From Tetramitus jugosus (taxonomy: Eukaryota; Protista; Heterolobosea): DNA of 64,000 bases. The notes under the pieces are model-generated. The model saw only the letters and a list, made by a program, of their open reading frames with translations, had not been told where the DNA came from and ran no database searches. Below, piece by piece: positions 23,245-35,009 of this stretch; the stretch's first letter is position 1, and each line of letters starts with the position of its first letter. The translations under genes and the position numbers were made by a program. The stretch lies in the NCBI GenBank assembly GCA_937625935.1, contig OW569371.1, positions 62,001-126,000 on the forward strand, given 5' to 3'.

Positions 23245-23565
23245 TTACTTCTTCTTCTTCTTTCCAGCGGCCAATTGAGCTTGCTTTCCTTGACCCTTCT
23301 TTGGTGGACCTCTTCCAGTGAGTTTGAGTTCGTGACAATTCTCCAATCTGTCCATTTCTTCTCTTGTCTGGAAGTATCCAGAGTGATCAAAAGGCTTTAT
23401 TCCTCTCGTGTGCATATAATAGGCAGAAAAATTGAATTTGTTCATTTTCAAAAGCTTTCGTCCAGTTCTGACCTCAGCAGGGTTATAGACGTGTCCTAGA
23501 AATCTTCTGGACATTTCCTTTACAGACGTAACATTCTTTAGGTAGCTGGTTGCAGTGGCCGCCAT
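23245..23565 (-). CDS. MRPS33: Mitochondrial ribosomal protein mS33 (Rsm27)
   Basis: SRRFLGHVYNPAEVRTGRKLLK and the C-terminal GRGPPKKGQGK motif. Confidence 0.82.
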   Translation of the reverse strand: MAATATSYLKNVTSVKEMSRRFLGHVYNPAEVRTGRKLLKMNKFNFSAYYMHTRGIKPFDHSGYFQTREEMDRLENCHELKLTGRGPPKKGQGKQAQLAAGKKKKK

Positions 23566-24542
23566 TTTTTCTCTCTCGGATGTTGTTTGATTTTTGCGTG
23601 AACAAAAAAATTCTTCTGTCGGAGATGGAAGAAATGCCGCTCTGGACAGAACAATTGCAGGAGAGGGCTGAAAGAGGGCTGAAAGATTTACTACTTTGAT
23701 ACTCTTTTCATCTCATGAAGGCATGCCACACCGTGTTAGTCCAGCTTAAACATGGAGGAACAACAATCTGTAACTCGGCGTTAACGGAGGAACTCTCCGC
23801 ACTTTAGAACAACCGGACTTTCTTGTTTTAGACGGAAGAATGTCCCGAAAAGCAAGTGGTGCCTTTTGTGAACAACAGAAAATCCAACAACATGCAATAT
23901 CTGAGCCCATGTGAGCGTGAAGACATTGCCAAAGAATAGCCGAAATTCCCAACTATTTGAATAAAACGCAACAAGTTGCATTCGTATCATCCATTGTGTT
24001 TGAGAAACAAATGAAAGAGAACAATTGTGAAACGACATGAAAAAACAAAAACTGGCTCAGAGACCGACCTATTTGTTTGAACTCAATTGAGTTGTGTGGT
24101 GTGGAAGAAAACATCAACCAAGAATCAAAACGGAATCTCTCACCAACCACTTCACAGCAAAAATACTTCAAAAAGGATAAAACGGCAGCGGATATGGCAA
24201 ATTGATAAGAGACGTCTATTGGAAAACAGCGGCAGAACAAGATTGATCACTTCGGTTCAAATGGATAAACAAGAGAACAACAATAACCAACGAATAACTC
24301 ACCAATTTTTATTAGCAAAGTAACACATCATATCTCACTTCCAATAACCGTAGAGCAGATTGGTGGTTGACTGTCCGTTTTTTGACTTTTGACTGCGGCG
24401 CACGGAAAAACAAACCCAATCATTTTCACATTTCTCCAACCCGCAAAACTTATTCTCCTCCTGTGAGATAGCACGTGTCGAATCAAATACATAACAACCC
24501 TTCCTTGGTCTCATTTCACTTCTTGCACTTGTTTGTTGAGTA

Positions 24543-26269
24543 CTGTGAATTCTCGGTTACAAGCAACACCTTCGTGCTTTGTGATTTCTCTGCGGCGGAG
24601 GTTCGGGCTTCTTTATTTGGGCAGCTAAATGTAGTTTACTGGAACATTGAATCTCTCTGGAGTGTACAAAAACACACTTGGATGATTAGAGTCATCCCAC
24701 ACGTTGCCATTAAACAAGTTCTGAGTCAAAGATGCAATACTTGGTAGAGTTTCATCTTGGAGCTGACTTTGCAATGACCTGAGTCTCTTCCAGTAGATTG
24801 GTTGTTCTTTATCTACAGGGGACACTCCCAGCGCACAAGTGAGGAAAGATTTCTTGATTGTATCATTACTTATTGAGTTGTACCACACATCTTTTCCCCA
24901 CGAAATCAAATCATTCTTGGAGATGAAAATCTCTCCACCAGTGTAACTATCGACCAGATTCTCCATAAGTTTTTTTCTCATACCGTCCTTGAATGGTCTG
25001 TTGATGGCAACATCTAATGGTTGGCAGATAGCCGTAGCATTCGGTGGTAAACAATGAGGTTCAATGCCATAGTCCTTCTTACATAGATCACTGACTTGTG
25101 TGGCTAAGTGGAACTCCACATTGTCATGAACAACTAGAATCTTATAGTCTTGTCTCCTATTGGGTCCAACGATTTCATCTGGCAATGAATGTTGTAAGAA
25201 ATCGACATACAGATTTGCATCGTTCCAAGCTTTCTTCTGATGTCGAATCAATATCGTGGTGTCTTCTTTGTGCACCCTGGAGACATCATTAAGGCATTTT
25301 GGTGTCATACCTTTGAAAATCATCATCGGTTTGCATTTGAATACTTGTGGCAAGTCAGGTTTCCAAGGAACAGGTAGTAATATTCCGAGACAATTTGTAA
25401 TACGCTTCTTTGCAGACTTGACTTTTGCTATCAAAACCTCAGCATCTCCACAATTGGCTAAGGTATGATCGTACATGAGATCATAAACAATAGGTGTTTC
25501 ATCAATATTACAAATATAATCAATATCATGATGGATACATTTGTTGTACACATCTCTTTGCATCTCTTCAAGCTTTCTAATGATGTCGCTATCGAGCTTT
25601 GGAGAGCGCTTTGTTCCTCGTCGAAGAGTCAGGTTCCACCTTTTTCTGAACCGTGTTACGAATCCATTTGATGCATCGAAGTCTTGAATTTGATGTTCTC
25701 GAGCCACTTGTAGCGCGAAGATCTTGACCATTGGACCGCTTACTGGTATCATAGCATCTCTGAGTTTCTGAATCTTGTCAAATATCTGTTTCTCTTGGTC
25801 CTCTGTAAACACTGTGGAATGAGACGCTGAACGTATCCTCTTCTTGGACATCTTGCGTTCAGACTTCGCCAACAGATACTGAGGCACTTGTTTCTTCCAC
25901 CTAGACAACAGAGACCTCGAGACACCCTTTGTTGAGACTACGTACGAAACGCCAAATAACTCTGCTAGCTTTAGGTACTTTAGCTTAGTACTAACATCAT
26001 ATTGTTTTCTTGCTTTCTTCTTTGGAAAGAACGGCATTGATACTTGTTCATTATCGTAAGGAAGACCAGTGACAGATTGGAATTGTGAATGTTGATTGAC
26101 TGCCGAGCGCAATGGATAAGACATGATTTCGTTTGTTGTGTATTGGTTAAGACAAGACAGGGGACCTTCAGCTTAAAAAGGAGAGGACAAAGTTTTTCCG
26201 GGCTAATTTTGTCGCCAAACAGATGCTGTTGCTAGTAAGCGAGTGTTGCTTGTAACCGAGAATTCACAG
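24543..26269 (-). mobile_element. pogo-superfamily DNA transposon, full length (1727 bp), TA target duplication
   Basis: Perfect 27-bp TIRs: CTGTGAATTCTCGGTTACAAGCAACAC at 24543-24569 and its reverse complement at 26243-26269. Each is flanked by TA (24541-42, 26270-71). They enclose a transposase ORF. Confidence 0.95.
24625..26124 (-). CDS. pogo/Tigger-type transposase (HTH + CENP-B HTH + DDE_1, DD36D)
   Basis: FDASNGFVTRFRKRWNL (CENP-B HTH); catalytic NIDETP, VHDNVEFH and CQPLDVAINRPFK; 36 residues between the 2nd and 3rd Asp. Confidence 0.93.
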   Translation of the reverse strand: MSYPLRSAVNQHSQFQSVTGLPYDNEQVSMPFFPKKKARKQYDVSTKLKYLKLAELFGVSYVVSTKGVSRSLLSRWKKQVPQYLLAKSERKMSKKRIRSASHSTVFTEDQEKQIFDKIQKLRDAMIPVSGPMVKIFALQVAREHQIQDFDASNGFVTRFRKRWNLTLRRGTKRSPKLDSDIIRKLEEMQRDVYNKCIHHDIDYICNIDETPIVYDLMYDHTLANCGDAEVLIAKVKSAKKRITNCLGILLPVPWKPDLPQVFKCKPMMIFKGMTPKCLNDVSRVHKEDTTILIRHQKKAWNDANLYVDFLQHSLPDEIVGPNRRQDYKILVVHDNVEFHLATQVSDLCKKDYGIEPHCLPPNATAICQPLDVAINRPFKDGMRKKLMENLVDSYTGGEIFISKNDLISWGKDVWYNSISNDTIKKSFLTCALGVSPVDKEQPIYWKRLRSLQSQLQDETLPSIASLTQNLFNGNVWDDSNHPSVFLYTPERFNVPVNYI

Positions 26270-26657
26270 TATCGCAAGAGCATCATGTTTGAATCATCGG
26301 GTGCGGCATCTTCGCGTTTCTACCATGTTTTTGGAGAGGACCACCATTCTTCCTTGGTCACCCAAGGTTTTTTTTGAACAACAAACACGATAAATGAAGG
26401 CTGGAACTTTTTTCAGCGAACCATGGTGCGGGGGACCCTCGCTTGGGCAATAGTTTGAGCTTGGGAATCCCCCTCTCCAACCACGCAACCAACACAAAAT
26501 ATCACGCAACCTCACGCAACCAACACACAACAACAAATCAAAAAACACGTCAACATAATTCTCTATTGCTCTGACATAAAGAAGCTCTGTGCGTTGATCT
26601 ATCACGATCCAATTAACAACTACCCAACAACACCAACAACAATAATAATTTAACATC

Positions 26658-28207
26658 ATGTTATCATCACCTATAACTGATAGCCAGAATCCACACCTCC
26701 ATCATCATCACCATGACAATTGCTGTGATGATGACCACTTCTCATCACTAATCCCTGCCAATTGCCCATTGGACTTGAGTGGAAGAAAGCGTGTCTCCAA
26801 AGCATGCTTGGAATGTAAGAAGAGACATTGTCGATGTGATCATCAAAGACCTTGTGCTCGATGTGCCAAGCTCAACTTGGAGTGCGTTGATGCACCAACT
26901 TGCAAGAGGTAAGATTCACTTTTTTTGAAGCTTTTTTTTCTTGTAAAAATGTGTGATTTTTGTCTCTCTCTTGTGGGAGATTCAAAGACACACATTGATC
27001 GCAATTGCTATTGTGTGTCTCTTGTCAGTGCATAATGTACGTTGCTGCTTTGATGGAGAAGCAACTTTCTTAACGAACGTACATGGGTGTTTGTGTGTGG
27101 GATCACAAGTGGGCAAGAGCATACCTCAAGACAATTGCTGACGTGCTTGTGCGAGAAGTGTGGAGGCTACACCACACGCGCACTTGCATGCTTGTGCACC
27201 TAAGCAAACTACTAACTCCTATGTACAGAGGTCCACCAAAGGGTACCTGTTACAAGAAGAGAAAGCGTGAGTCCACCTCTTCTGCAGACGACACTGATGC
27301 AAAATCCAATGCAGCTGCTGTTACCGTCTCTCATCATCAGGCAAGTCCATCCAATGCTGAAGTCAAGTTGCACATGGAACCTAGAAACAAGAAGAGAAGA
27401 ATCTCTGAATTGTCTCATAACAACAATGTGAATTCACAGGCTCCATTCCAAGTCAAACAAGAACAATTGCTTCATGACTTGTTCTCCTCCATGAATGGTG
27501 CCACTACTTCCATTCAACAACCATTTGCCATGACAACCAATCATCCATCCGTTGTTGGTTTCCATCCATTTATGCTCCCAACTGCTGACATGATGCAGTC
27601 CTTCCCTATGAACCTCTTGCCTGCTCAACAATCATCGATAACGACGAATATGCCTCTTGTCTCATCTGTTCACAACACACCAGTCATGCCCATGTTCCCT
27701 GTCAAACGGGAGGTGGAGGAAGCTGAAGCCAGTAACGATTGCTGTGTTGGAGACTGTGATTCTGGTTGCGATTCAAACGATGGTGCCTGCTTGTCTCTAT
27801 TCGAGCAACAGATTGAGAGTGTCAAGATGAGAATGGAGCAACCAATGTCCCCTTCTGCACTTGCACTGGAGCTGACTGACTTGCCTGATATTGAAGACTT
27901 GACTGTTGGAATGTGTATGAATACTTCCTGTGGTGCCAATCACAACCGTTCATGCCTCATTTCTGACTTGGACTTGCTCAGTGACAATCAACCAATTCTT
28001 GACGATGTAGATAGCCTCTTCAATCACTCCGATCCACTCTTTGTGTCGTCTGAAGAGCCTTCCTCTCCATTGTCGTTGGACACTGCTTTCGATTTGGACC
28101 TTGAACTAGGTAATGTAGTTTCTTCTGGACTCAACAGTGACAGTTATTCAGCATTCCCTCGATCACTATCGATGCAGCAATTTGACGAAGACTTTTTGCT
28201 GTCGTGA
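26658..28207 (+). CDS. Zn2Cys6 binuclear-cluster transcription factor; intron 26909-27228
   Basis: ACLECKKRHCRCDHQRPCARCAKLNLEC. Donor GTAAGA, branch TACTAAC (about 27210) and acceptor CAG join to KRGPPKG. Acidic activation-like C-terminus. Confidence 0.88.
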
Positions 28208-28606
28208 TTTGAATGTTGATAACAAGAACAACAACCCCCACTGCCACTTCCATCCCTTAGCTCCTTGCCAATCCCATTTTTGTGAATTTTACCAAAATAA
28301 ATAATAATAACTAAGTAATTTGGTTGTGGTGCTACTTTATTCTCATGTAAGTTGACACGTCTTGTGCATTTCAAGGAAGGTGAACATAGGATGCCTGACA
28401 GTGTTTTGGCTTGTGAAATTTGATGAACCATAATTTTTTCGGCAAATCTCATCAACACAATCAAGAAGCACAACTCAAGTTGACCAAGTTGTTGCATATC
28501 AACGATCGTTTTGTGCTGTGATTAACAAATTGTTATCCCTATCTGAAGTCTCAGTGACGAGAAACAACAAATATGGTAATTAAAAACATCTGAGCCAACT
28601 TTGCTT

Positions 28607-29284
28607 TTATTGCTCCTTCTTTTCGGTCTCCTCTTCCAGAGTGATGTCGAACCATTGGCAAACCTTGTTGCGCAAACTTGCCACAACGGGAATAGCCGTC
28701 ACAAGATGAGACAAGGTGACGAATCGCCAAACCATAGCTAGCACTGTGCCCACAACAGCTCCAAGCAACACCTGACCAGTTGTATGATACATGTGAAACA
28801 CTCTTGAAATGCAGACGAGTATCGACCATAGGACAATAATTGGATCATAAGACAAGTACCACACTTGTCGCTTGCTTCCGTTTGCAGGCTTCTTCTTTGT
28901 GTCGCTCATAACATACTTTGGAATCAACACAAAGGCACAAAAGAAGAACATGAACTGTGCATGTGCACTTGGCATACCATATCCCACACTGCTCACATTA
29001 CCATATGCAAAGCACTGCTTACTAGCCAAGTCTTCGAGCCATGGATTCACAGGTCGCGCACCCCGTATCATTCTCTTGAGCAACGAGTTGATCAGATGAG
29101 AAACACACAGGCCAGACAGCAGAGAGACATGAAACCATGTTCGGGTGAGCTTGGAGACCAGGAGTAGAGTCATGAGACCAACTAGGATCATGAACGGTGA
29201 AAGAGCAAAAACACCAAGAGACAATGTCAGTAGAGGACTCTCTGAATCATACAGGACCAATGTCAGATCAAACACTTTGAGCAT
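28607..29284 (-). CDS. PAP2-family phosphatase, dolichyldiphosphatase (DOLPP1/Cax4)-like
   Basis: KRMIRGARP, YGMPSAHAQ and SRVFHMYHTTGQV; multiple TM segments. Confidence 0.85.
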   Translation of the reverse strand: MLKVFDLTLVLYDSESPLLTLSLGVFALSPFMILVGLMTLLLVSKLTRTWFHVSLLSGLCVSHLINSLLKRMIRGARPVNPWLEDLASKQCFAYGNVSSVGYGMPSAHAQFMFFFCAFVLIPKYVMSDTKKKPANGSKRQVWYLSYDPIIVLWSILVCISRVFHMYHTTGQVLLGAVVGTVLAMVWRFVTLSHLVTAIPVVASLRNKVCQWFDITLEEETEKKEQ

Positions 29285-29434
29285 TGCTTTTTCTCTCAAT
29301 GGACAATTGCTCGTTTTAGAGTCTTCCTTCTTTTTCCCCTCTCCCCGACAAAACAAAAAATCAAACAAAGCTCCAGCAACGAACAAACAAGCAAAAAAAA
29401 GCAAAGCTCGAGCAACAAACAAAGGAGCCGAAAA

Positions 29435-32041
29435 ATGTCGACAGCTTCTTCACCTGCTCAAATGAAAGCTACACTCATTCAACAACAACAACAACAACAA
29501 CTTCAACAACAACCACATGCACGACACAATAGCAACAGCAGTAATCTATTGTTAGGAATCGGTGGAGATGACTTTATACTTGCTTCTCTCGTTGAATCCG
29601 GTTTCATCACAGGCACCATCAAAACAGTGTTTGAGCGTGGAAAGCAAGAATCATTTCATTCCAATCTCGATCGTTTCATCGATCGACAAAAAACAGAAAT
29701 CCAACACTTGTGCAACGAAAATTACGAAGAATTCCTAAAGAGTGTCTCGCAACTCAAATCTGTCCGCTCCGACGCAAATATTCTCCGATCGAAAATCGTA
29801 GAATTGGATCAAAAAGTGCAAGAGGCGGGAAAATCAGCTCTGGAGAGTGGAAAAAAGTTGTTAATGTTGAGAACGGTGGGTGAGAATATTGAAGGTGCAA
29901 TGGAGTTGATGGAGACTTGTCGTTATGTGAGTTCGTTGGCTGCGAAATCGAACCGTCAAATTCAAGACGGAAAATTTTATGGTGCGTTGGTCACGTTGGA
30001 CGAATTGGAAAAGTTGATTCGATCGGTGCACGAGTTTGAGTTTGCCCAGTTCATGGAACGACTTATACCAAAGTTTAAACTGAGGATTAAATCATCGGTG
30101 GAAAAGAGCTTTAACGTCTGGTTGTCTCATGCCAAGAATCACAGTCAGAATATAGGTCAGAGAATGATGAGTCATTTTGATCGGTTGAGAGAAGAACCGT
30201 CGACAACGGAGATGACCATGGACAATGATAAACTGATTCAAAAGTACATGTTGAATGAACCGACGATACACATTCAAGACGTGTTTGATGATTTTTCATT
30301 CGAGTTGACACCAGTGTACACGTGCAAGCACATTTTTGAAACAATGAAGTTGGACACGTTCAAGGGATACTATAAGAGAAATCGTGAGATTCAGTTGGAT
30401 TATGAGCTTGGATCCGCATCGAGCGACGCTAAAGATTGCTCTACTCTCAAGGAATGGTTGGAGAAGATGGTGGGATTCTTTACAATTGAAGATGCAGTGC
30501 TTCACACAACGTCGGAACTCTTGTCCAATGTGGAGATTAATGCCATGTGGGAGAAGGCCCGATTAACAGTCATTTCGCGCGTGGACATTCTGTTTGCACA
30601 GTATTCGGACTATACGGGCGATGTGTCCAATTTGAACATATTCTTGGAACTGAAGCACATTATTACCATGTTTTGCTACACCATGTCCAAGGGACCACTG
30701 AGACACGATGTTTCTCCAATCTTGGAAATTGTGGCCAAGAATCGATCCATCTTCCACAAGGACCTCATGATTCCTCATTCTTACAAGCTGATTGAAGAAC
30801 GAATTACAAAGAATGAAGAATACACGCCCATAGTGTTCTCTTCGGGAACAGACAGTGATGATTACAAACAGTGCATGAAATATGGTCTCATTCCAAAACC
30901 GGATGACAAGTCCTCCAATGCTGTCTACTTGAGAGGACAACCAAAGGCATCAAATGCACGTCCAACTGTACCCTTCTCCAGGACTGTTCTCATCATTTGT
31001 ATGATATTAGACAAGTTTATTGCAAACTATAATCTGTACTGTCAGCATGTGCTATCCAAGTCTTCGTACTACTCGGATCTCAAATCAGGCATCTATGATC
31101 TGCTCGAATTTATTCATCAATCGATAGAAAAACTGTTCAGATCATATCTAAACATGAGTGACATCAAATCTGATAGTAGTGATTTGCGTCGTGCAGCACA
31201 ATATGCTCAAGTTGTCGTCAATGTACAATATATCATGGAGTATGTCCTGCCATACTTTGCCGTATTGATTGGTGGAAAGATGGACAGTTTATTGATTCAC
31301 TATCAACAGTCAAAGGAGCGTGGAGAAGACTTGATACTAAAGGCTGTGTTGGCAAAGGTCGGTTCAATACTTGATCAGTGTCACACATCGGTCGATTGGG
31401 CTCCGTTCATGGCTACCTCGTCAAACGATGGTACCTCTGCATCATTGAGTGTAGAGCAAGTTATCGAGCATCAATTTGTTCTTGATATTGTACAATATTT
31501 GCAATCAACGACAATGGTCATGCAGTACATTGCAAAAGAAAAGAGGGAGTACATTATGTTCAAGGCTTTTGACTCCATTGCTCACGATTTCACAGATCAG
31601 ATTCTAACGTATCCTGATCCTGTCAGAGAATTGAACAATTTCTCAATCAACGTTCTGTTAAAAGATGTGGAATACTTGCTTCGATTCATTAAGAATGAAG
31701 TTCGAATCGAAAAGTGTCAATTCTGCTTTAGTGACATCAAAGTTTTACTCGAGTTTTTGGTCAAGACAGATATCAATGAACAAGAGTTGGCAGAGTCAGG
31801 ACCATCTTACGAAGGAAAGATTATTGAGACATTCTCAAAAACTTCAGCTTCGAGTCAACAGTTGGGTAGGTTGGGTGCTATTCTCTCCAAGTACAAGATG
31901 CATTACTATGAGAGGTCTAGACGAGCCAAGAACAATCTCTCATTGAAGGATGGTATCAAGGAAATTACTGCCCTTCCAAGTTCAGGTCTAAAATTCGTAG
32001 GCAAGCTGATGAAGAAAGGCAACACACCAACAACCAAGTAA
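29435..32041 (+). CDS. EXOC6: Exocyst subunit Sec15/EXOC6
   Basis: EIQHLCNENYEEFLKSVSQL, LTPVYTCKHIF, YYKRNREIQL, MVGFFTIED and PFS motifs; 868 aa. Confidence 0.87.
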   Translation: MSTASSPAQMKATLIQQQQQQQLQQQPHARHNSNSSNLLLGIGGDDFILASLVESGFITGTIKTVFERGKQESFHSNLDRFIDRQKTEIQHLCNENYEEFLKSVSQLKSVRSDANILRSKIVELDQKVQEAGKSALESGKKLLMLRTVGENIEGAMELMETCRYVSSLAAKSNRQIQDGKFYGALVTLDELEKLIRSVHEFEFAQFMERLIPKFKLRIKSSVEKSFNVWLSHAKNHSQNIGQRMMSHFDRLREEPSTTEMTMDNDKLIQKYMLNEPTIHIQDVFDDFSFELTPVYTCKHIFETMKLDTFKGYYKRNREIQLDYELGSASSDAKDCSTLKEWLEKMVGFFTIEDAVLHTTSELLSNVEINAMWEKARLTVISRVDILFAQYSDYTGDVSNLNIFLELKHIITMFCYTMSKGPLRHDVSPILEIVAKNRSIFHKDLMIPHSYKLIEERITKNEEYTPIVFSSGTDSDDYKQCMKYGLIPKPDDKSSNAVYLRGQPKASNARPTVPFSRTVLIICMILDKFIANYNLYCQHVLSKSSYYSDLKSGIYDLLEFIHQSIEKLFRSYLNMSDIKSDSSDLRRAAQYAQVVVNVQYIMEYVLPYFAVLIGGKMDSLLIHYQQSKERGEDLILKAVLAKVGSILDQCHTSVDWAPFMATSSNDGTSASLSVEQVIEHQFVLDIVQYLQSTTMVMQYIAKEKREYIMFKAFDSIAHDFTDQILTYPDPVRELNNFSINVLLKDVEYLLRFIKNEVRIEKCQFCFSDIKVLLEFLVKTDINEQELAESGPSYEGKIIETFSKTSASSQQLGRLGAILSKYKMHYYERSRRAKNNLSLKDGIKEITALPSSGLKFVGKLMKKGNTPTTK

Positions 32042-32095
32042 ATACTCGAAAGCACTTATTTATTCTCATCAATCTTCCTCAGTTTGACGAATACT

Positions 32096-33484
32096 CTACT
32101 TGGCCATACAAGCATTTATCATCTCGTTTAGTTCACTGAGCAGTGATTCTGCTTGCTGCACAGTAGTACGATCTCTGTCACAGCCAGTGTTCATCATCAC
32201 CCGCAAACAGTCCTCTCTGGCCTTCATGAGGTACCGAAGTTTGGAGTCACCAGAGTCATACATATGTTTGAAACAATCAGCTCTCTCTATCAAATAGTGC
32301 AGCTCGTCAGGCCGTTTCTCGATCAATTCATTCACAGTACCAAGAGCCTCTTCATAATTGGCTAACTTCTTGTGTATCTCCAATAGTTGCTCGCTGTGCT
32401 CAACAGACAATCTCTTTGAGTAGCCAATCTCCTCACTAGAAATGACTGACATCTTATTGTCCTTCTCTCTTGGGGATCGGTTTTCCTGGATGATATTCAA
32501 GAACTTGTTGTAAACTTTGCTGTGGATGTCGAGTGATTCATTCTCGTTGAATCGTTCAGCCATTTCGAGTAACACTTTGATACACTGTACAACGACGTCT
32601 AGGTTGTAAATGTTCTTTCCATCAATTAGTTTCTCGGTGTATTCTAAAAGATAGTCCAACTTTTCTGGGAAAATATCAATGTACAACTCGCAGGTTACCT
32701 GAAACCTCCGAGTATCTTTCGAATGAATACAATAATGGAGCGTCCAGAACACCACTGTTTCTGAAATTTTCCTCAATGAATTCTGATACTCAACAACATT
32801 GGGTGTGTCATTCAATTCAAGGTTCATTTGAGAAGCAACAATAAGAAGTATACTGTGGTAGTCATCTACAGCTCTCACATAATCAGGTATAGAAGCAAAT
32901 TGCGAAGCTCTGTCCATTAGAGCATTGATGCATAGCCTTCTTCTCATCTTCATGTGCGAACAATTGCTAGAACAACACTGTTCGCAGTACTCAACAGAAC
33001 TGTACATATCAATGAGTAGAGTTTTGTCCTCATCTAGCCAATTGTTTTCATCATAGCTAGATCCTTGAGTTTTTCTTTGATCTAAAGGTTCTTTGGGTAG
33101 AATAGGCGAGAGCATATGCGATCGAAAGGAATATCCTATCATGGAATGAGTTTCATGTGATTCATCGTCCACATCATTCGATGATCCTTGAATATATATT
33201 CCACCGTTGTTCGCGTTTTCCGTGTCGACATTGACATTGTGCTGGTCGTAGATAGAAGTCTCTGATAAGGGAGATGATGGAATTTGACCGATATCTCCTG
33301 ACTGAGAATTTATTGTCGGGTCGTGTGTAAACTTCGAAACGTAATTCTTTGGGCTCCTTCTCCTCGCTGAAGCCCCCGTTGTTATCGGTACTGTAAGAGG
33401 GCTTGACGTTTGATACTTCATGATCCGGTATGGATTGGAGACACGAATAACCAAGGACTGAGCCTTTCTATTGTCCATCTGCAT
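32096..33484 (-). CDS. Hypothetical protein with Cys-rich motif and TPR-like helical C-terminus
   Basis: Long ORF; CEQCCSSNCSH motif; YEEALGTVNELIEKRPD...YLIERA resembles a TPR. Confidence 0.6.
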   Translation of the reverse strand: MQMDNRKAQSLVIRVSNPYRIMKYQTSSPLTVPITTGASARRRSPKNYVSKFTHDPTINSQSGDIGQIPSSPLSETSIYDQHNVNVDTENANNGGIYIQGSSNDVDDESHETHSMIGYSFRSHMLSPILPKEPLDQRKTQGSSYDENNWLDEDKTLLIDMYSSVEYCEQCCSSNCSHMKMRRRLCINALMDRASQFASIPDYVRAVDDYHSILLIVASQMNLELNDTPNVVEYQNSLRKISETVVFWTLHYCIHSKDTRRFQVTCELYIDIFPEKLDYLLEYTEKLIDGKNIYNLDVVVQCIKVLLEMAERFNENESLDIHSKVYNKFLNIIQENRSPREKDNKMSVISSEEIGYSKRLSVEHSEQLLEIHKKLANYEEALGTVNELIEKRPDELHYLIERADCFKHMYDSGDSKLRYLMKAREDCLRVMMNTGCDRDRTTVQQAESLLSELNEMINACMAK

Positions 33485-33582
33485 TATAAAATCACCTATA
33501 TGAATGAATACCACCTCTTAGAGATATCTTTGTTGTTGGAGATAAAAACTTTGCAGAATTTTATTTGTAAATGGTCGGGGTA

Positions 33583-34362
33583 TTAATTGGAAGGGGACTG
33601 AACTTGCTGATTTCTTCTGCAATATTTTCTCTTCTTCTTAGTTTTGTTGATCTTGTATTTGAGAATCCAAGAATGTATCTCAGAGGGTTCATGATGGACG
33701 AATTGAATCTGAGAACTCCCTTTCTTGTGACGAACCGAGCTAGAACCAGTCTGTTCTTCGCTAGTAGCTTTAGAACTTGCGAATCGTTGCTTGGTTGAAT
33801 CCACTGACTCTTTTGGGAACCACCCGTTAGAGTGTTGAGCATCCACGGAGAGCAAGGAAGGATTTTCAGTTGATGAAGATGTAGGAGCAGAGGATATACT
33901 TACAAAATGGGAGGGAGAGGTTATTTGGGGGGAATTAGGACTCATTTTGGTTGTGTCGATACTACTAGCGGATTCTTGATGATTCCATGTCGAAAATATG
34001 GTATTACTATCTTGCTGACTGTATCCTAGGGAGTCGTATGATTGTTGTGGTTGCTGGAGATGGGAGAGAGAAGCTTGGCTCTCGAGCTGCTCCAACTTTT
34101 CGGAGAGAAATTGAATCACACGGCTCAATCGAGAGCTCTCGGACTCCAGTTGGACATTTCTTTCAACGATTGGGTATGCAAGACCTTGGGGAATCTCATT
34201 AGGGAACGGAAATACTCTATCTATTGACATCAACTCTGTAAACGAAAGAGTTTGGATTGATGTTGGAGTCCTGGTAAGTAGGGGTGTGTTTTTATGGATA
34301 CTAGTGCTATCATTTGTAATTGATTCATAGTTGATGCTATTCTGTTGCAATGTAGTATTCAT
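33583..34362 (-). CDS. Ser/Thr-rich hypothetical protein with C-terminal QFVHHEP...SWILKYK-basic motif (copy A of tandem pair)
   Basis: Intact 259-aa ORF; clear paralog at 35010-35674. Confidence 0.65.
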   Translation of the reverse strand: MNTTLQQNSINYESITNDSTSIHKNTPLLTRTPTSIQTLSFTELMSIDRVFPFPNEIPQGLAYPIVERNVQLESESSRLSRVIQFLSEKLEQLESQASLSHLQQPQQSYDSLGYSQQDSNTIFSTWNHQESASSIDTTKMSPNSPQITSPSHFVSISSAPTSSSTENPSLLSVDAQHSNGWFPKESVDSTKQRFASSKATSEEQTGSSSVRHKKGSSQIQFVHHEPSEIHSWILKYKINKTKKKRKYCRRNQQVQSPSN

Positions 34363-35009
34363 GATTACTAGGTTAGTGTTAGAATTTGTAGATCCTTTTG
34401 AAGTGTTTAGGGTGAGGGGGAAAGGACAAACATCAACTACCTTAACTACATTAATGTCTTTCTCACTACCTATTTACACCTGGTCCGATCTTGAGGCACT
34501 ATGAGTGGGCTGCCGATTCTCTTTTTGGGTAGGTGTTAAGTGACATGAACATAAGGCCGACTATAAAAGTCAAAAAATGGATATTTGCTCGGTGATACTT
34601 GACGAAGCAGAGAAATCCACTAGACTGGTTTGAGAGAAAGAAGAACCATTTTGCCGCATCCTTCGACCAAAGAGGAAGGTCTGATGTGTCTATCCAGCTA
34701 ATAACAGCAACTTTACAAGGAGTACTAGAACTGTGTTACTTACGATGCTCGCACAGAGCAAAGTGCTCCATTGACGTTTTTATCATGTGGTGCATCTTCA
34801 TGTGTGAATAATTGCTAGAACAGAATTGTTCGTCAGCAGAGCTGTATACAAATCAAAGAGTCCAGTTGCGACTTTGGAACTCCCTTTCCATTACAACTTG
34901 ATGTTTGAGTAATTCTCTGGGTGTATTTGATGGAAGTGAACCTTTCTAACTTAGAAATATCTTCGTAGAAGATAAAAGCTCTTTGTGTTGTCAAAACTGT
35001 ATTTGTAGT

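Noticed and set aside
23640-24500. Short ORFs and a small GAGGGCTGAAA tandem repeat between mS33 and the pogo element
   Set aside because: No coding signature or recognisable motif; probably upstream regulatory DNA.
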